A stretch of 64,000 bases of DNA, taken from the human T2T-CHM13v2.0 reference genome, Homo sapiens. Location of the stretch: assembly GCF_009914755.1 (NCBI RefSeq), contig NC_060938.1. One strand, 5' to 3'. The position numbers and the translations under genes were made by a program. The notes below the pieces were generated by a model. That model was given only the letters and a program-made list of their open reading frames with translations. It did no database searches and was not told where the DNA came from. Below, one piece after another: positions 16,820 to 30,646 of the stretch (positions are counted from its first letter, which is position 1; each line of letters starts with the position of its first letter).

Positions 16820-19050
16820 TTTTTTCACTTTTTATTTGAAATAATTTCATTCTGTAAAGTAAATAGATTAAAAACATTTCTGGCATATAAAGTTATAAAA
16901 ATAGTACAAGGACTTTCTTATATATGTTGCTCAGCTTCTTCAAATATTAACCTCTCAGAAACCAATTCTATGATCAAAACCAGAAAACTAACATTGATAG
17001 GAAAGAACTTTACAATGAGAATTACAAACCATTGCTCAAAGAAATCAGAGATGATTCAAACAAAGGGAAAAACATCCCATGCTCATGGATAGGAAGAGTC
17101 AATATTAAAGTGGCCATACTTCCCAAAGCAATTTACAGATTCAATGCTATTCCTATCAAACTGCTAATGACATTCTTCACAGAACTAGTAAGAAAACTAT
17201 TTTAAAATTCACTTGGAACCAAAAAACTCGAATAGCCTAGGCAATCCTAAGCAAAAAAACAAAGCTGGAGACATCACATTACCCAACTTCAAACTATACT
17301 GCAGGGCTACAGTAACCAAAACAGCATGATACTGGTACCAAAACAGGTACATAGACCAATGGAACAGAACAGAGAGCCCAGAAATAATGCCACACATCTA
17401 TGATCATCTGATCTTTGACAAAGCTGACAAAAACAAGTCATGGGGAAAAGGCTGTCTATTCAATAAATGGTGCAAGGATAACTGGCTAGCCATATGTAGA
17501 AGATCAAAACTGGATCCCTTCCTTACACCATATACAAAAATCTACTCAAGATGAATTAAATACTTAAATGTAAAACCGCAAACTATAAAAATCCTGGAAG
17601 TCGACCTAAGCAATACCATCCTGGACATAGGAATGGACAAAGATTTCATGATGACATCAAAAGCAAAAATTGACAAATGGGATCTAATTAAACTTAAGAG
17701 CTGCACAGTGAAGGAAACTATCAACAGATTAAACAGCCTACAGAATGGGAGAAAATGTTTGCAAATTATGTATCTGACAAAGGTCTAATATCCAGAAACT
17801 ATAAGGAACTTAAAAACAAATTTACAAGAGAAAAACAACCCCATTAAAAAGTGGGCAAAGGATAAGAACAGATACTTTTCCAAAGAAGACACATATGCAG
17901 CCAACAAGCATATGAAAAAACTCAATATCACTGATCATTAGAAAAATGCAAATCAAAATAAAAAAGAGATACCATCTCACACCAATCAGAATGGCTACGA
18001 AAAAGTAAAAAAATAACAGATGCTGGCAAAGTTGCAGAGAAAAGGGAACACTTAGACACTTGGCAGGAGTGTAAATTAGTTCAACCATTGTGGAAAGCAG
18101 TATGATGATTCCTCAAAAAGCTAAAAACAGAACTACCATTTGACCCAGCAATCCCATTACAGGGTATATACCCAGAGAAATACAAATCTTTCCACCATAT
18201 TGACATGTGCATGCATATGTTCACTGCAGCACTATTCACAATAGCAAAGACATGGAATCAACATAAATGCCCATCAATGACAGATTGGGTAAAGAAAATA
18301 TGGTACATATACACCATGCAATACTATGCAGCCAGAAAAAATGAGGTCATGTCTTTTGCGGGAACATGGATGGAGCTGGAGGCCATTGTCCTTAGCAAAC
18401 TAATGCAGGAACAGTAAACCAAATACCATGTGTTCTCACTTACAAGTGGGAGCTAAATGATGAGAACTTATGAACACAAAGAAGGGAACAACAGACACTG
18501 GGCTCTACTTAAGGTTGGAGAGGAGCAGAAAAAATAACTATTGGGTACTAGGCTTAGTACAAAGGTGGTGAAATAATCTGTACAATAAATGTCTGTGATA
18601 CGAGTTTACCTATATAACAAACCTGCACATGTACCTCCGAACCTAAAATAAAAGTAAAAAACCCAGCTCAGTGATCAAAACCAGAAAATTAACATTAACA
18701 TGAAACAAATTACAGATTAATTCTGTGGAATTCAATTAAAATTTGATTTCAAATTTAATCATTCAAATTTCTTCAGTTATCCCACAGATATCCTTTTTTC
18801 TGGTTCAGGATCCCATCCGGGATCCCATATTACATTTAGTTGCCATATTTTTTTCCCAGCATCCTTTAACCTGGAACAGCCCCTCTGTGTTGTTTTTTTA
18901 AGACTGATGCTTTTGAAGAGTACTAACTGGCTGTTTTGTAGGATGAACGCCAGTTTGGGTTTGTCTGATGTCTCCTCTTGATTCAATTTAGGTTATTCAT
19001 TTTTGGCAGGAATACCACAAGAGATGATGTTGTTCCCTACTAAGGACATT
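16820..19050 (-). mobile_element. Old L1MC-type 3' fragment split by a younger L1PA insertion
   Basis: caggatcccatccgggatccca..ttacatttagttg; tttgggtttgtctgatg; tttttggcaggaatacc. Confidence 0.7.
17001..18660 (+). mobile_element. 5'-truncated L1PA13-16-type LINE (ORF2 C-terminus + 3'UTR)
   Basis: Degenerate ORF2 (MFTAALFTIAKTWNQHKCPS...) and a 3'UTR ending aacctgcacatgtacc..cctaaaataaaagt. Confidence 0.92.
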
Positions 19051-20797
19051 ACAGGAGGTGGCACAAGATTAAATGTTTGCACTTTTAGAAGAACATCTTA
19101 GAAGGGCCTATACTTATTTTTACAATGAATACACAGTTTTTAGCAATAATGAAGAACAGGTGAAGCTGCATCCTGAACCTGCTCTATAAGCTCTCCTTCT
19201 CTGCCCTCCTGCACCACGTCTTAACCTTAGCGCTTGGCCTTTCTTTCCACATGCTTCCTTCGCTAAGCGTGTCTGCCTAGAATATAAGGACTCCTCTTAG
19301 AGGGGCGAAGTACTTTGGGAAAGATTTGTACAATTGCTCATGAAAAGAAGCCCAAAGAGTAATAAAAATGTAGTAACTGCCTCTAGTTAAGCACATTTTT
19401 TTTTTTTGGAAAGAAAATTGGATATAATAAAAGTTGAATGTGGTTGAAGAAACAAAGACGTTTATGCATCTGTGTGTGTGCAAGATTTGCCAATAAGGGA
19501 AAAACTTAAACAAACTGCAGAAAATATAGTTGTTAGTACAAAATTAGCTCATGTTTCAAGTGGGTAGGAGTGAAATACTTCAAAATAGTAGAGAAAGAGA
19601 GGAGCTGAATGGAACTGTGAATGAGAAAGTAAGAGCCAGGACATTTTTGCCTGCCCTGCACAGTTAGAGGTCACATAATTTTAGGATAAATTTTGCCAGA
19701 GTGACAGCATCCAGAATGTGCTTGTGTTGCATGGATGGATCGTTTGCCTCGCTTGGGTCCTTTAGGAATAGATTAAAAGCTTTATCATAGGAAAAGTATT
19801 AAAAGCACCAAAGACGAACTTCAGTTTTATAATTGTTCATCCATTTGATGATGTTGGCTGAGGTCAAGAAAAAAATAACCAGAGAATAAGAGGGCTTTAT
19901 TTTTAGAGTTGAATGCCAATGACCTTATTTTTGGAGAAAATCATATTATACTCAACTTAAAAGAGGAAAACAAAAGAGAAAAGGACAAAATACACAGAAA
20001 AAAGAAAATACACAGAAAAACATTTCCTGGATCAAACACTTAAACATTTTGGCATCCTTTAAGATCTCTTTTTATCCATATACCCACAGAGAGGTTTGCC
20101 ATCTTATAATGAGACTGCACATGCTGGTTTCTATCCTGTTCTCTTTTTAGTCCTTCTCTTTTTCTGCTTAAAAGTAACAACTGCTTATTGTAAAGAAAAA
20201 AAATCAAACGTTTTAGATCATATGTTTCATCCAAACGTTATGATGCAGAATATGAAAATCTCCCCTAGTGATAAACATTTAAATAGTTTGATGTATTTTA
20301 CTTGATTTTCTCTATATCGTCTTGGAGCTTAGTTTTTTCACATAATGTATCTTAGGCCTAACACCTGTCTAATGGATATAGAGGGGGTCACTTGACCTTT
20401 TTGGCATTCGAAGTTTCTTTTCTTTGGAATATGGTGGTATGAAATGTGCATTGATCACCTGCCTCTTAGGAATTTCTCTCATTTCTTATTCTATATTTTG
20501 GGAGCATCTGTCTCCATTTGCTACCTCATCTCTGTTCAAAATTCTCCTGCATTGACTTCACGACACTGCTTCCCATCTCACCACCCTCTCCTTCCTCCCT
20601 GCTCTCCTCAAACCAAGGGCTCATTGCTGTTTCCTGATCCCTTGTCCAGTGTCCAGCCTGGTTTTTCATCTTGTTTCTCACACATGGCTCTTTCTCCCCC
20701 AACTCTGGCTTGGATCCCCCCACCCCACGGGTCTTCTTCCAGGGAGACTGCGTACCTCCTACAGCTTCAGCTCTTAAGTGGGACCCTAACTGGGAAT

Positions 20798-21528
20798 CTA
20801 TATTCATTTCCTAAGGCTGCTGTAACAGAGTACCACAAACTGGGAGGCTCACAACAACAGAAATGTTTTCTCTACAGTTCTGAATGCTAGAAGTCTGAAA
20901 TCAAGGTGTTGGCCAGCTATGGTCCCTCTGAGGGCTCTGGGGGAAGATCTTTCCTTGCCTAAAATTCTAGCTTCTGCTGGTTGCCTGCGATTCTTGGCAC
21001 TCTGGTTTGTAGATGCATCACTCTGTTGACCAAAAGAGTCAAACTCTGTAAAATGGTAGAAGAGATGTATTCTGAGCCAAATACAAGAGACAAATGGCTC
21101 ATAACACAGCCCTCAAGAGATCCTGAGAACATGTGTCCAAGGTGGTCAAGGTACAGCTTGGTTTTATACATTTTAGGGAGACATGAGACATCAAATACAC
21201 TTAAGATATACATTGGTTTTGTCCAGAAAGGGGGGACAAATGGAAGCTTCCAGGTCATAGGTGGATTCAAAGATTTTCTGATTGATGATTGGTTGAAAGA
21301 GTTAAGTTATTGTTTAAAGACTTAGGAATGTCTGGGTTAAGATGATGGGTTGCGAGACCAAGGTTTTGTCATGCAAGTAAGGCCTCCAGGTAGCAGGCTT
21401 CAGGGAGAGTAGATGGTAAATGCTTCTTATCAGATGTATAAGTTTGATAAGTCCATTTCCAAGTAAGATCACTTTCTGAGGTGCCAGGTACATATCCATT
21501 TTGGGGGGACCTTATTCAACCCAGTACA
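20798..21528 (-). mobile_element. MLT1 LTR with a nested MER4-family ERV1 LTR fragment (~21024-21437)
   Basis: ggctgctgtaacagagtaccacaaactggg ... attcaacccagtaca; MER4 motif cagcttggttttatacattttagggagacatgagacatcaa. Confidence 0.82.
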
Positions 21529-21561
21529 CTGCTGTAGGTTATATTACCACTTTCCTTTTAG

Positions 21562-21855
<294 letters not shown>

Positions 21856-22341
21856 TTTAAGGCATTTCTTTGTTCATGTTCCGCAGATGTTTTCAACTCA
21901 ATATGTCAAATAATAACCTTATTTTCACACCAATCCTCTAAGCAGAACCTGCTCCTTCTGAAGGGATTAATGGAGTCACTTTCCTTCCAGTAACAGGCTG
22001 GGGATCTTGGCATTTTCATTTCTTTTCATCTCAACAATCACTTGCCAGGCTCTCTGACTCCTCCATCAGCTATTTTCACATCCAGCCCTTCCTTTAACCA
22101 TCACAGCCACTGTCCTTGTGTAGAGCTTTGACTCTGATGCCTGGAGAGGCCAGAGAACAAATATAATGATGAAAAGGGGGTGTGACACAGTAGGGAGGGA
22201 CATGGACTCTGGTGGGCTGAGAAGCTGGCCTCCTCTGGAAGTATTCAAATCTAATTCCACCTCCTCCTCCAAAACTCTGGAGCTCTCAGTCTTCCTGTGT
22301 GCAACCCAGGTTCCACTCCTTGTGTCTCCAGCCTGGGTTAA

Positions 22342-22657
<316 letters not shown>

Positions 22658-22896
22658 TAAAGTGATCATTTCTTAAATACATTACCCATGGTAGCCCCAG
22701 TCCATCCATGACAGAGAGACTTTCCTGAAATACAGATTGGAAGCTGCTGTTTTCTCTATTAAATTGTACCAGGGCTTTCCATTCTCTATGCTGGTGACTG
22801 GCTTCCAGTATGCAGACACACACATTAGGTAGTCTGCAAGAGGTGGACAGGAGGGAAATTTTGGAACTATGTATATTCCGATGTTAAAAAAGATGG

Positions 22897-23153
22897 AGGC
22901 CGGGTGCAGTGACTCACAGCTGCAGTCCCAGCACTTTGGGAGGCTGAGGCAGAAGGGTGGTTTGAGCTCAGGAGTTCCAGACCAGCCTGGGCAACATAGC
23001 GAGACCTCATCTCTACTAAAGATAAAAGAAATCAGCTGGGCATGGTGGCCTATGCCTGTAGTCCCAGCTACTTTGCAGGCTGAGGGGAGAGGATTACTTG
23101 AGCCCAGAAGGTCAGGCCTGCAGTGAGCTATTGCACTGCAGCTTAGGCGACAG
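22897..23153 (+). mobile_element. AluJ without A-tail
   Basis: Alu dimer ending abruptly at gcgacagagc. Confidence 0.88.
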
Positions 23154-23884
23154 AGCACAGCCTGCAGAGGAGCCAAAGCTTCACCAAAGTGCAAAGAGGG
23201 TGCCAGTGGAATTCATCCTTATGCCGCAATGGACATGAGCCCAGGGATAAGTTTTTAGTATCTAGTTTTAACTAAACTCTAGTAAAATGGACAAGGGGCT
23301 TAAAATTGCTTCAAGGACTGAAGAAGATACTAGTGTTGAAGTGCAAACAAACAAGAAGCTAAGTCTGGTTCAAGCCCTTGGTCAGCTGGTTTATGAGGTA
23401 ACAGCAATGACAATCTATGGAGCCCTGCCAAGCAGTTGGCTAAACAAATTCAAAGTTGTGAAGAAGACTGTTTGAAATGCAGATGTTAAATAAAAGTTTT
23501 GCTAGGTAAATGTACATTGTGCTTTGAGGATGTGCCTCTGCCAATATGAGGCCATCGCAACCAGCAAGGCATTTAAACTTAAAATCCTCCTTTTAAGTTA
23601 ATATATATTTTTATCTTTCATAAGATAGTATGACACATTAATGTAGTGAATCAGATATATAATTTCTAAGTAAATAAACACAAATACCCATATTAGCGTT
23701 ATGTACTTAGAGATTTTTTAAATGAATGGAGTGTGTGATCACAAGTTTGGAAAACAGTGGTCTACAGAGTCAGGTTCATGCTCCTTAGCACTGCATGTCA
23801 GGCCGGTAGTCACAGCGCCTAACCTTTTTAACCTCGCCTCCACTCTCTCTCTCTCCATGGGCGAAATCTACGGCTTATGTGTCC

Positions 23885-24250
23885 TGCTATGGTTTGACTG
23901 TATCCCCCAAAAAGTGCATGTTGGAAACTTAACTGCCGACGCAGCAGTGTTGGGTGGTGTGGCCTAATGAGATGTGATTCGGCCATGAGGGCAGAGTGAA
24001 TGGGTGAATGCCATTGTCACAGGAGTGGATTCATTACTGTGGGAGAGTGGGTTTGTAATAAAACAGGGAGTTTGGCTCCTTTTCCTCATAACTTCTACCA
24101 CGTTTTGAGGCAGAAAGAAGGCCCCTGCCAGAGGGCAGCCCCTTGTTCTTGGACTTCCCAGCCTCTAGCATTGTGAGAAATAAATTTCTGTTCATTATAA
24201 ATTACCCAGTCTGTGGTAGTCTGCTATAACAGCACAAAACAGACTAAAGC
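23885..24250 (+). mobile_element. MST (MSTC/D-like) MaLR solo LTR
   Basis: tgctatggtttga ... tgtgagaaataaatttctgttcattataaattacccagtctgtgg ... agactaa. Confidence 0.87.
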
Positions 24251-24471
24251 CAATTTGCACACTTGGTTCCTTGGCTTCGGTTGTTTTCTCTGCCTGTCAA
24301 AGCTCCAGTCTCCTCCTCTTGTAACGTTTCTCTCCTCTCCAAGGTGGGATCACACGCCACCTCCCCTGAGTCTGTCCTTATTCTCAGTCACTCTTTCATT
24401 CCTGTCTGCTCTTGCTCACATGGTTTCTCACACCTCTGTTCAGCTTCTACGCTTGGGCAGGTGCTGCTGGC

Positions 24472-24472
<1 letters not shown>

Positions 24473-24516
<44 letters not shown>
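24473..24516 (+). repeat. (TG)22 microsatellite
   Basis: Perfect dinucleotide run. Confidence 0.98.
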
Positions 24517-24518
<2 letters not shown>

Positions 24519-25285
24519 GACCCTGTGCTGCGTGACTGGAAGCTCCCTGAGGAGGAGCCTGACTATTCCTCATTCTTTGTCACCCCTCCTCTTCCCTTCT
24601 GTACTCCAACAAGGTACTTACCCATTCAATGCATTTTTTACAGAATTGACCTTTTTTTTTTTAAATGTTCTCATATTAATGACCTTTTATACTTGAGCAC
24701 AGTCTACATTTCCTGTACAAAGAATGAGGATCATTAGTAATTGAGGAAATGATGAAATCCAGCCATTCTGACACTGTTCCTTATCTAGGATCTCTCGCTT
24801 TCTCCCCAAAGCTGCTTATTAGGGAAGTTTTTACAGTGATAGAACATGGCGAAAGAGCAGAGGACAAATCTCAGAAGGACAATGAGATAAAAATGGGAGA
24901 TTTTCCTTCTGGTTCTTTTGTTACAAAAGCCTTGTTTTATAAACAAATTTATCTACCTGCCAATAGCAGAAGTCACTTCTTGGCTAGAAAAGCATTTTCT
25001 TTTCCTTTTTCAGTTCTGTAAAACTTATGTTGTATCCATTTTTAGGCAAAACAAAAACTTTTTTTTTTTTTAAACCTGGGTATGAATAAGTTATAAATAT
25101 TAAATGCAAAAGAAGGGAGCTTTTATAGTCAGTATTACCTATGTTGTTACTAACCTCAGAAAGGGCTACTGAAGGGAGCTGTATGTGGCAAGATGCTGCC
25201 AGTTCTGTGACTTTCTTGTTTGCCTGCTGCATTACTTTGGACAGCTGCCTAGAATGACCTTTATTGTTTATGGTGGAGCTGCACA

Positions 25286-26122
25286 TGTAACAGTGAAGAG
25301 AAATCTAACATAGTTGACTCCATCTTGCTTCTAACCTCACAAGCTAACTGCCTTTTCTCATTTCTGCATGCAGGCCGAGGTAACTCTGGTAGAAATTTAG
25401 TTTATAGTTTAATTTAAAGCAAAGGTGATAACAGTCCCTTCCCAAAACTAACCCCTGAGGAGATAAGGAGGGTATACACACTAATAACCATGTTGTATTA
25501 AAAATGTACAGGAGCCTTGTGACCTGACCAAGGACAAGATGTTTTGCAACCCTTTGGACTCCTGCTGATGCCTGGATGTCTGTGGTCACTTGTTACTGCC
25601 TGACCTCAACCCCTAACCTCCTCCTTGTTTCCCTTTCCCCAATATAAAAACAAGCTTGAGATTCATGCCTTTATTTTCATTTTTTCAAGATGGAGTCTTG
25701 CTCTGTTGCCCAGGCTGGAGTGCAGTGGCACGATCTCGGCTCACTACAACCTCCACCTCCTAGGTTAAGCAATTCTCCTGCCTCAGCCTCCTGAGTAGCT
25801 GGGATTGCAGGCATGTGCCACCATGCCCAGCTAATTTTTGTATTTTTAGTAGAGATGGGGTTTCACCATATTGACCAGGCTGCTGTCAAACTCCTGACCT
25901 CATGATTCCCCCGCCTTGGGCTCCCAAAATGCTGGGATTACAGGTGTGAGCCACTGCGCCTGGCCGAGATTCATGCCTTTAAAGATGGTTCTTTACAACA
26001 CTAGTCTGCCATCTTCTTGGTTTGTTGGCCATTGAAATAGTCGTTTTGCTTCCCCCAGCACCTTGTCTCTTGACTTACTAGCTATTGTGCCGTGAGTGGT
26101 ATGAGTTTTGTACCTGACAACA
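25286..26122 (+). mobile_element. ERV1 (MER4-group) solo LTR with an AluS inserted at 25674-25965 (-)
   Basis: TGTAAC...CAACA termini with 4-bp TSD caca; gactccatcttgcttctaacctc motif; Alu TSD gagattcatgccttta. Confidence 0.85.
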
Positions 26123-26214
26123 CACATATAAACCAAACAAAAAAGTAATTTTCAATTATAAATCTCTTATAGTGTGTTTAAGCAAGCATAAGAACATGCA
26201 TGTGTTGTAAGAAT

Positions 26215-26640
26215 GATAAAAAGATAATATCTAGTTTTGGCTAAGTGGTGGGGCAAAGCACTTCTTGTCTCCTGTTGGCAGGAGTTTGAACTGGCATAAT
26301 TTTTCTGAAAGAAAATTTGGAAAAATTCTTTAAACACTAAAAGTGCGTATTTTTTGATGTAACAATGCCATTTCTAGCAATGTATTCTAAAGATATAATT
26401 ACAGTTTTGAACAGAGATTTAGCTATAAGGATGTTCATTGTAGCATTGTTTACAATAACAATGAAAATTAGAAATGACTTACATGTCCAATAATAGAATA
26501 TTGGTAAAATAAATTATAGTTTTTCCATACAACAGAATAATTAGCAGCCAGTACAAACTGAGTTGTAGCAGAATTTTTAATGATACAATATATTGTTAAG
26601 TCAGTTAAGCAGGCCATAAATAGTACATTCAGCCTGACTG
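26215..26640 (+). mobile_element. Ancient L1M/L1ME fragment
   Basis: caatgccatttctagcaatgtattc; aaggatgttcattgtagcattgttt. Confidence 0.65.
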
Positions 26641-27637
26641 TAATTTGTTACAAAAAACAAGCATGTGCAACTTTGATTTTCTAGCTTCCTCTAGCAACAA
26701 GAGGCTACACTTGTTTTTAGTATTCATATCCTGTGGCTCTATTCCCCATCTAGTTTGATTGCATGATATTCTTTCTTCTAGAAGATTCCCCTTCCCTGTG
26801 TCTCATTACCTTAGCCTGGAGCTTCATCTCTTTGCAGGGCACCTCTTGTTCCCTTAATATCTCTCTTCATGAGGCTTTGCAGAAACATGGACAATGGGTT
26901 AATTCTCCAAATGCAGGTTAGACTGAGCTGTGATGTATAATGCAACTTTGCTGAGTGCTTGGGTATAATATATGGAAATTGCGAACAAAAAAAAAACTTA
27001 AAATTGATTATGAGATACATTTGCTCCTAGAAAACTTAAGCTTGTGTCAGTTTCACCCACTGTGTCCTGTAATGGCTGCTTCTTTCCTTGTCATCCAGCC
27101 CATGGCCATTTTGCAAGGACTAACTTATTACCTCTTGCCAGAGTGTCCTTCAGCTTTTCTCTTCCCAGGAGTCCTTGCCACCAATCTCTCTGAGACCCCA
27201 AAGAGGGAAAAACAGCTTCCCTAAAAGGAAACACAATTTGTAGAAATGAATTCCACCCACATGAAGGATAGTTACATTTACATTAATTGTGCTGAGTGAT
27301 TTAACCTAGTGTGTGAAACCTCCTCGTTTCAGAATGGGATTTCAGAAAAGGCCATGAAAGAGATCTTTTTCTTGCCACACCTCTTACTCCCCCAAACAAA
27401 AGGACAACCTGACTCAAAAAGAAATATCAGCTATCATTCTGGAATGCAAAACTTCTTGTGATAATAAAGGAAAATACTATATCGTTCCCCTATGCTTTTG
27501 CTTTTTACCAATAGTGTTAATAACAACAAAAAAGAAATTCAGTGTCAACTAGAACACTTATTCTACCTATAGATGGGTGTAGAAAACCCTTGAGATGTGC
27601 CCTAAGATATAAGCAATAATGACCTCTAGGTGAAGAG

Positions 27638-28716
27638 TTTATTAGTTAACTATTCCTGTGTAAGAAATTATCCTAGAATTTAGCAGCTTAACACAACAAA
27701 CATTTATTATTTCACAGTTTGTGTGGGGCAGGAATGTGAGTGTGGCTTAGTTGTCTTGGGGCCTCTCACAAGGCTGCAGTCAAGGTGGTCAAGACCCTTG
27801 ATCTGGGTCTTAGCTTAAGGCTTAACTGGGAAAGGCTGTGCTTCTACACTTCGGTAGCTCAGGTACTGGCTGTTGGCTATGGGCAAGAGATGTTAGTTCC
27901 TTGCCATGTGAGCCTGTCAATAAGGCTACTTCCAACATGGCAGCAAGTTCTGTGTGTGTATGTGAGAGAAAAAGTGGTGGGGAGAGAGAGAGGGAAAGGT
28001 CATAGGCTTTTTAGTAGTCTAATGTGTTGGGGGTCCACAACACTCACCCCCTGGCTTTGATGATTCAGTAGGAGGACTCACAGGACTCAGCACATAGTCA
28101 TACTCATGGCTGTGATTTATTACCGAGAAAAGATAAAGCAAAATCAGCAAAGGAAAAAGGTGCATGAGGTAAAGACCAGAGGGAACCAGGCACAAGCTTC
28201 CAAGTCCTCTGACAGTGCAGTCACACAGGACAAACTTTACTCCCCTAGCAGTGAGCTGAAACACGTATGAGATGTTTGTCACTAGACAACCTCATGGAAG
28301 ACCCAATTCCCAGGGTTTTTATTGTGGGTTAGTCACATTGACACCTGATGTCTAGCACATACCCATATTCTAGATTTCCAGAAGGAAGGCTGATGTTCAA
28401 CATAACTATTGTTGGCACAAATAGCTTAGGCAGAAAGTGAGTCCTTCTTATCAGGGCATGGGGGGAACCCTTTCTCATGAAATGCAAAGGCCAGTCTTGA
28501 AAGCAGGACTGTCTAAGGAGAACAGTCTCAGGCCTGCTATGTTAACTCTTTTCTGCACACCTAATCTTAGAAATGACACCCATTGCTTTTTGTGTATTGT
28601 GTTCCTTAGAAGTGAGTCACTAGGTCCAGCCCCAGGCAAGGGGAGGAGCTTACAGAAGGACATAAATGCTGGGAAAGAAGTGTCACTGGGGGCTGTCTTA
28701 GTGACTATCCACTACA
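27638..28716 (-). mobile_element. MLT1 (F/G/H-like) LTR with a nested MER21-type LTR (28023-28559)
   Basis: aaacatttattatttcacagttt (MLT1); ggaggactcacaggactcagcacatagtcatactcatggc (MER21); TSD (t/c)ctaa. Confidence 0.8.
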
Positions 28717-30286
28717 CGGGGTGATTTTACTTTTTCTCATTTGTATTTTCTGTTTTTCTCTCTAATGATACGTAGTACTTTTATAGTAAGAAAAAGCCAG
28801 AAAAACATAATTATGTATACAACTTTGGTGGAAGAAAATTGGGCTTCCTGTTGGTACCATCTGCACACGTAGGTGTGGGTTTTTATGGTGTAATAATTCT
28901 CGATGGTGTTAGAGATGGTGAAGTTACCTATGAGGAAACATTGGAATGTTTCTAGTTATAAGGATAAGTGCTGGATTTAAAAAAAGTTTGGTGTTTTTAA
29001 CAGCAGCAACAGTGGTAGAGGAGCTGAAGTTGACAATAATTTGCGAAATGGCAGGATGTGGAGGCTAAGGGAAACTCACCAGGCTCCAGGAAGCTTCAGA
29101 CCAAGGCAAATATTGTGCCTTGACATGTTTGTCAAGAAACCCTGCAGGTCATTGTTTAATGTATGTCAATGTGGGGACAGCTGCAGGGACAGAATGAGGA
29201 GGTGTGTAGAGGGTGGAGGATGGAGCAGAGCACTTCTACCCTGGGCTGTGTGTAGGGGGCGAGTGGCAGGGTAGCAATTTCACTGCTGCTCTGAAGGGAA
29301 AGAAGAGATCTGGGAGAGAAGGATGAGGTACCTCTTCCCTCTCTGCTTTTCAGCTCAGAATTTCAGAGAGGAAGGGACTCTGGCCTGGGAGAGGAAGATG
29401 AACCTATCATATAATGACTGAGAGCTGTTGCCTGCTGGTCTAGTGTTATGGTAGTAAAGATGCCACTAAACTTCAGAGGTAGACAATGGCACAGGGACTC
29501 AGGAGTACCCTTGCTGTCAGGCATCAGAATCATGGACATTTTATGAGAGAGAGGTGGGGGGCAGGGGAGGAGAAGAGCAATGCATTCAGAAGGTCTCCTC
29601 TAGCATCCACAACACCCCACACTTGTTTCATCTTTCTTCCTCACAGTCATTAAAACCTTCTAATGCGCTATTATTATTTGATTATGTTTGTTTTTTGTCT
29701 TTTCTCTCCACCTTGATATAAGTTTTATGAGGACAGGGATTTTGTCTGTTTTGTGTCTGTTGTATAAACAGGCACTCAACAAACATTGTAAAATTGAATT
29801 AAAAAACACATATGCTAGTACTTCCCATTCATTGCCTTGCTCTGTTGCTTATTGGTATTTAAATAAAACTGCATGTGTTTGCCTTTTAACTTTGTGAATT
29901 CATCTGTAGAGCTCCATGAACTTTAAAACAGATTTGTCAATATTATAAGTAAAATAAGCTAGACACAAAAGGCCACATATTGTATGATTCCATTTATATG
30001 AGATGTCCAGAATACACCAATTCATAGAGACAGAAAGTAGATTAGTGGTTGCCACAGGCTGCGGGGCAGAGGGAGTAGAGAGTGACTGCTAATGGGTATG
30101 GGTTTCTTTTCTGGTATAATAAAAATGTTCTAGAATTAGATAGTGATAATGGTTGCACCACTCTGTAACTATACTAAAACCCACTGTAGGAGAGAAAAGT
30201 AATATACTTTCCTCATCTATTGCAAGGTTCATGACTGACACTCCTATAACAAAAGACAGATTAACAAGAGAAAAGGGTAACACATT

Positions 30287-30646
30287 TGTATTAGTTCTCA
30301 TGCTGCTAATAAAGATATACCCAAGACTGGGTAATTTATAAAGAAAAAGAGGTCTAATGGACTCACAGTTCCACATGGCTGTGGAGGCCTCACAATCATG
30401 GCAGAAGGTGAAGGAGGAGCACAGTCATATCTTACATGGCAGAAGGCAAGAGAGCTTGTGTGGGGGAACTGCCCTTTATAAAACCATCAGATCTCTTGAG
30501 ACTTAGTCACTGTCACGAGAACAGCATGGGAAAAACTCGCCCCATGATTCAGTTCCTTTCCATTCAGTCCCTCCCATGACATGCGGAGATTATGGGAGCT
30601 ACAATTCAAGATGAGATTTGGGTGGGAACACAGCCAAACCATATCA
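30287..30646 (-). mobile_element. THE1B/C MaLR solo LTR nested in the MER31-like LTR
   Basis: Reverse complement reads TGATATGGTTTGGCTGTG...CTAATACA; TSD acatt/gcatt. Confidence 0.93.
30361..30480 (-). promoter_or_regulatory. LTR TATA box (TATAAAG, 30480-30474) and splice donor (AACT|GTGAGT, 30367/30366)
   Basis: Canonical MaLR promoter-plus-donor layout, oriented toward the predicted downstream exons. Confidence 0.55.

Noticed and set aside
24473-24516. (TG)22 as a functional Z-DNA element
   Set aside because: It is an ordinary microsatellite with no context suggesting function.
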